A stretch of 64,000 nt of DNA, taken from assembly GCF_963921235.1 (NCBI RefSeq), contig NC_086097.1, forward strand, positions 19,532,001 to 19,596,000. Reading direction: 5' to 3'. Of this stretch, positions 60,009 to 64,000 are shown one piece after another; the first letter of the stretch is position 1, and the number at the start of each line of letters is the position of its first letter. The position numbers and the translations under genes were made by a program. The notes under the pieces are model-generated. The model did no database searches and was not told the DNA's origin. It was given only the letters and a program-made list of their open reading frames with translations. Origin of the DNA: Mobula hypostoma. Its lineage: Eukaryota.

Positions 60009-60868
60009 TCAGTCTGATGGCCTGGTGGAAGAAGCTGTGTTGGAGCCCGTTGGCCCTGGCTTTTATGCTTGCAATACCTTTCTCAGATTGTAGCAGCTGG
60101 AGTAGTTCGTGGCTGGAGTGACTCAGGTCCCCAATGATCCTTCGGGCCCTTTTTACACACCAGTCTCTGTAAATGTCCTGAATAGTGGGAAGTTCACATC
60201 TACGGATGCGCTGGGCTGTCCGCACCACTCTCTGCAGAGTCCTGCAATTGAGGGAAGTACAGTTCCCATACCAGGCAGTGATGCAGCCAGTCAGGATGCT
60301 CTCAATTGTGCCCCTATAGAAAGTTCTTAGGATCTGGGGACTCATACCAAACTTCTTCAACCGTCTGAGGTGAAAGAGGTGCTGTTATGCTTTTTTCACC
60401 ACACAGCCGGTATGTACAGATCACGTGAGATCCTCAGCGATGTGTATGCTGAGGAACTTAAAGCTGTTCACTCTCTCAACCCCAGATCCATTGATGTCAA
60501 TAAGAGTTAGCCTGTCTCCATTCCTCCTGTAGTCCAGAACCAGCTCCTTTGTTTTTGTGACATTGAGGGAGAGGTTGTTTTCCTGACACCACTGTGTCAG
60601 AGTGATGATTTCTTCTCTGAAGGCTGCTTCATTATTATTTGAGATTAGGCCAATCAGTGTAGTGTCATCAGCAAACTTAATTAGCAGTTTGGAGCTGTAG
60701 GTGGTGACACAGTCATGGGTATACAGAGAGTAAAGGAGGGGGCTTAGGACACAGCTCTGAGGGGCACCTGTGTTGAGAGTCAGAGGGGCAGAGGTGAGGG
60801 AGCCCACTCTTACCACCTGCCAGTGATCTGACAGGAAGTCCAGGATCCAGCTGCACAAGGCAGGGTGA
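60009..60868 (-). mobile_element. Rex/Babar-like LINE RT fragment (second subfamily)
   Basis: [50 protein letters not shown]. Confidence 0.9.
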
Positions 60869-61039
60869 AGTGGAAGCACACTTGAGAGAGATGGAAGAAG
60901 CAACACTGATAGAGGACAAAAGAGTAACTTTACTCGTTAGACCATGGGGCAAAGATGTTATACAAGAGAGACAGACCCCCCACTTGTCCAGGAACTTGAA
61001 GCTGCTCATCCTTTCCACTGCTGATCCCCTTTTGTAATG

Positions 61040-61465
61040 GCAGCAGTGGAAAAGGTGAGCAATTTCAAGTTCCTGGGTGTCAACGTCTCCAAAGATCTGT
61101 TCTGGGCCCAACATATTGATGGAATTACAGAGAAGACACACTGGCAGCTACAGTACATTTATTAGGAGTTTGAGGAGATTTGGTATCTCAACAAAGACTC
61201 TAGCAAACTTCTACAGATGTACAGTGGAGGACATTCTAACTGGTTGCATCACAGTCTAGTATGCAGAATCACTGGTATGCACAGGATTGGAATAAAGCTG
61301 CAGTGGTTAAGACACTCAATCAGTCCCATCCTGAGCACTAGCTTCCCCATCGTCAAAAGCCCATGACTGAAAATGGTGGAATCCATAATTAGTCCCCACC
61401 ACCCAGAGCATGTCCTCCACTCATTACTACCTTCAGAAAGGAAATACAGGAGCCCAAACACACTC
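61040..61465 (+). mobile_element. Rex/Babar-like fragment
   Basis: FIRSLRRFG.STKTL.NFYRCTVE.ILTGCITV. Confidence 0.8.
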
Positions 61466-61734
61466 AGTCTACTACCCCCAGCACCGCACTGCACTGTAAA
61501 AACTTCAAACCACTGTTTGTAATGCTTCTGTAAATTGTAAATGCACTGCACTGTAAAAACTTCAAACCACTGTTTGTAATGCTGTTTACATTGTAAATGC
61601 ATCCTGGTACTTACATATTTATGCATGTTTTATTCCTTATCCATACTTTAATCTCTAACTCTACTTCTATACAATTATTTATTCATTATAATTGTCAAAT
61701 GCTGTTTTTGTTGTAAGTCTTGCCCAACTAGCAG

Positions 61735-63080
61735 GCGTATTCAAGGACATTTTCAACCTCTCACTGCTACGGGTGGAAGTTCCCACTTTTCGTCAGAAAG
61801 ACAACAGCTATACCAGTGCCTAAGAAGAATAATGTGGGCTGCCTTAATGACTATCACCCGGTAGCACTCACATCGACAGTGATGAAATGCTTTGAGAGGT
61901 TGGTCATGACTAGACTGAACTCCGGCTTGGACAACACAAACACCTATGTCAGGATGCTGTTCATCGACTATAGCTCAGCATTTAATACCATCATTCCCAC
62001 AACCCTGATTGAGAAGTTGAAGAACCTGGGCCTCTGTACCTCCCTCTGCAATTGGATCCTCAATTTCCTAACCAGAAGACCACAATCGCTGATGATCAAC
62101 AGTGGAGCACCTCAGGGGTGTGTGCTTAGCCCACTACTCTAGTCTCTATATACACATGTTTGTGTGGCTAGTCACAGCTCAAATGCCATCTATAAATTTG
62201 CTGACGAAACAACCATTGTTGGTAGAAATTCCGGTGGTGACGAGAGGGCGTACAGGAGTGAGATATGCCAACTAGTGGAGTGGTGCCACAGCAACAACCT
62301 GGCACTCAACATCAGTAAGACGAAAGAGCTGATTGTGGACTTCAGGAAGAGTCAGACAAAAGGAACACTTACCAATCCTCATAGAGGGATCAGAAGTGCA
62401 GAGAGTGAGCAGTTTCAAGTTCCTGGGTGTCAAGATCTCTGAGGATCTAACCTGGTCCCAACATATCGATGTAGTTATAAAGAAGGCAAAAGAGCAGCTA
62501 TACTTTATTAGGAGTTTGAAGAGATTTGGCATGTCAACAAATACACTCAAGAACTTCTATAGTTGTACTGTGAAGAGCATTCTGATAGTCTGTATCACTG
62601 TCTGGTGTGGAGGGGCTACTGCACAGGACCAAAAGAAGCTGCAGAAAGTTGTAAATCTAGTCAGTTCCATGTTGGGCACTAGCCTACAAAGTACCCAGAA
62701 CATCTTCAGGAAACGGTGTCTCAGAAAGGCAGCATCCATTATTAAGGACCTCCAGCACCCAGGACATGCCCTTTTCTCACTGTTACCATCAGGTAGGAGG
62801 TACAGAAGCCTGAAGGCACACACTCAGCAATTCAGGAACAGCTTCTTCCCCTCTGCCATCCAATTCCTAAGTGGACATTGAATCTTTGGACACTACCTCA
62901 CTTTTTTTTAATATACAGTATTTCTGTTCTTGCATGTTTTTAAAAATCTGTTCAATATATGTAATTAATTTATTTATTATTATTATTTTCTCTGCTAGAT
63001 TATGTATTGCATTGAACTGCTGCTGCTAAGTTAACAAATTTCACGTCACATGCCAGTGATAATAAGTGATTCTGATTCTG
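61735..63080 (+). mobile_element. Rex/Babar-like LINE with internal deletions
   Basis: [53 protein letters not shown]; tctgattctga tail. Confidence 0.92.
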
Positions 63081-63139
63081 AACAACACACAACAGCAAAT
63101 TCTTTAATACACGTAAATGCATTTGGTGAACAAAGTTGC

Positions 63140-63611
63140 AGACAAAAGCATGCGGACATGGTCAAGAGGCTCAGTTGTTGTTCACACCGAACATCAGAAT
63201 GGGGAAGAAATGTGATCCAAGTGACTTTGACTGTGGAATGATTGTTAGTACCAGATGAGGTGGTTTGAATATCTCAGAAACTACTGATCTCCTGGGATTT
63301 TAATGCACAACTGTCTCTAGAGTTTACAGAGAATGTACGAAAACAAAAACAAAAAAAAGCTTCCACTGAGCAGTAGTTCTGTGGGTGAAAATGCGTCATT
63401 AATGAGAGCGGTCAGAGAAGAATAGCGAAATAGGTTTTCAAGCTGAAGGGAAAGTGGCAGTAACTCAAATAGCCACGTGTTACAACAGTGGTGTACGGAA
63501 GAGCATCACTGAATGCACACAACACGTCGAAACTTGAATTGGATGGGCTACTGCAGCAGATGACCACACCAGCTTCCACTCCTGAATCTAATAAAACAGC
63601 CACTGAATGTA
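63140..63611 (+). mobile_element. Tc1/mariner remnant
   Basis: Reverse-complement match to 41458-41900. Confidence 0.8.
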
Positions 63612-63699
63612 TATTACTATTGGAATGTATAGAATATTTTATATATTGTAGAATATATTATGTTATATTGTGAATATATTATAGAATATGTATTACACA

Positions 63700-64000
63700 T
63701 GTAACCCTCAGGTTCGGCGAGTGACTTACTCTCGGGAAAGACAGCCTCCGGCCCGGCCAAACTTAAGAAATCTTGTTTGGGTGGATGCTGTATGATGTGT
63801 TCACCTGTTACAAATCAGTACCATGATATAACAAACGGTACACAATTGAGCTTTATAATTCTTAATTTGACTATAGGGTTAGCGAAGAAACAAAAAAAAA
63901 GAAAAAGGGCCCGTTCTTATGAAACAGTCTATTTCGCAATGTTGGAGCGCATGGTTTTCCCATCTGTTCATTCCCCGTCAAATTCCTCCCCAGGCGTCGA
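63700..64000. mobile_element. Possible LTR-like repeat running off the window
   Basis: Abrupt switch from AT-rich to CpG-containing sequence starting tgtaacc; no second copy in the window. Confidence 0.3.

Overview
Repeat-dense vertebrate genomic DNA; the LINE/SINE/Penelope content suggests a cartilaginous fish, probably a ray (inference). The only host protein-coding gene I can support is vertnin (vrtn), a single coding exon at 10798-12738 on the minus strand. A candidate non-coding first exon and CCAAT/GC-box promoter lie about 14.6 kb upstream (~27380-27700). The rest is mostly decayed and nested mobile DNA: CR1, Rex/Babar-like and RTE LINEs, Penelope-like elements (PLEs), tRNA-derived SINEs, hAT, Tigger/pogo and Tc1 DNA transposons, plus a 4.6-kb 37-bp satellite with higher-order structure. 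The most interesting signals are at the RNA level. (1) A non-coding insertion at 38314 begins exactly at G1 of a complete HDV-like ribozyme fold, which carries an unusual extra hairpin in L3. (2) A second family (1852, 45074) shows decayed remnants of the same fold. (3) About 15 minimal type I hammerhead motifs sit in PLE terminal repeats, often as inverted pairs. All folds were derived by eye and are untested; most repeat boundaries are approximate.
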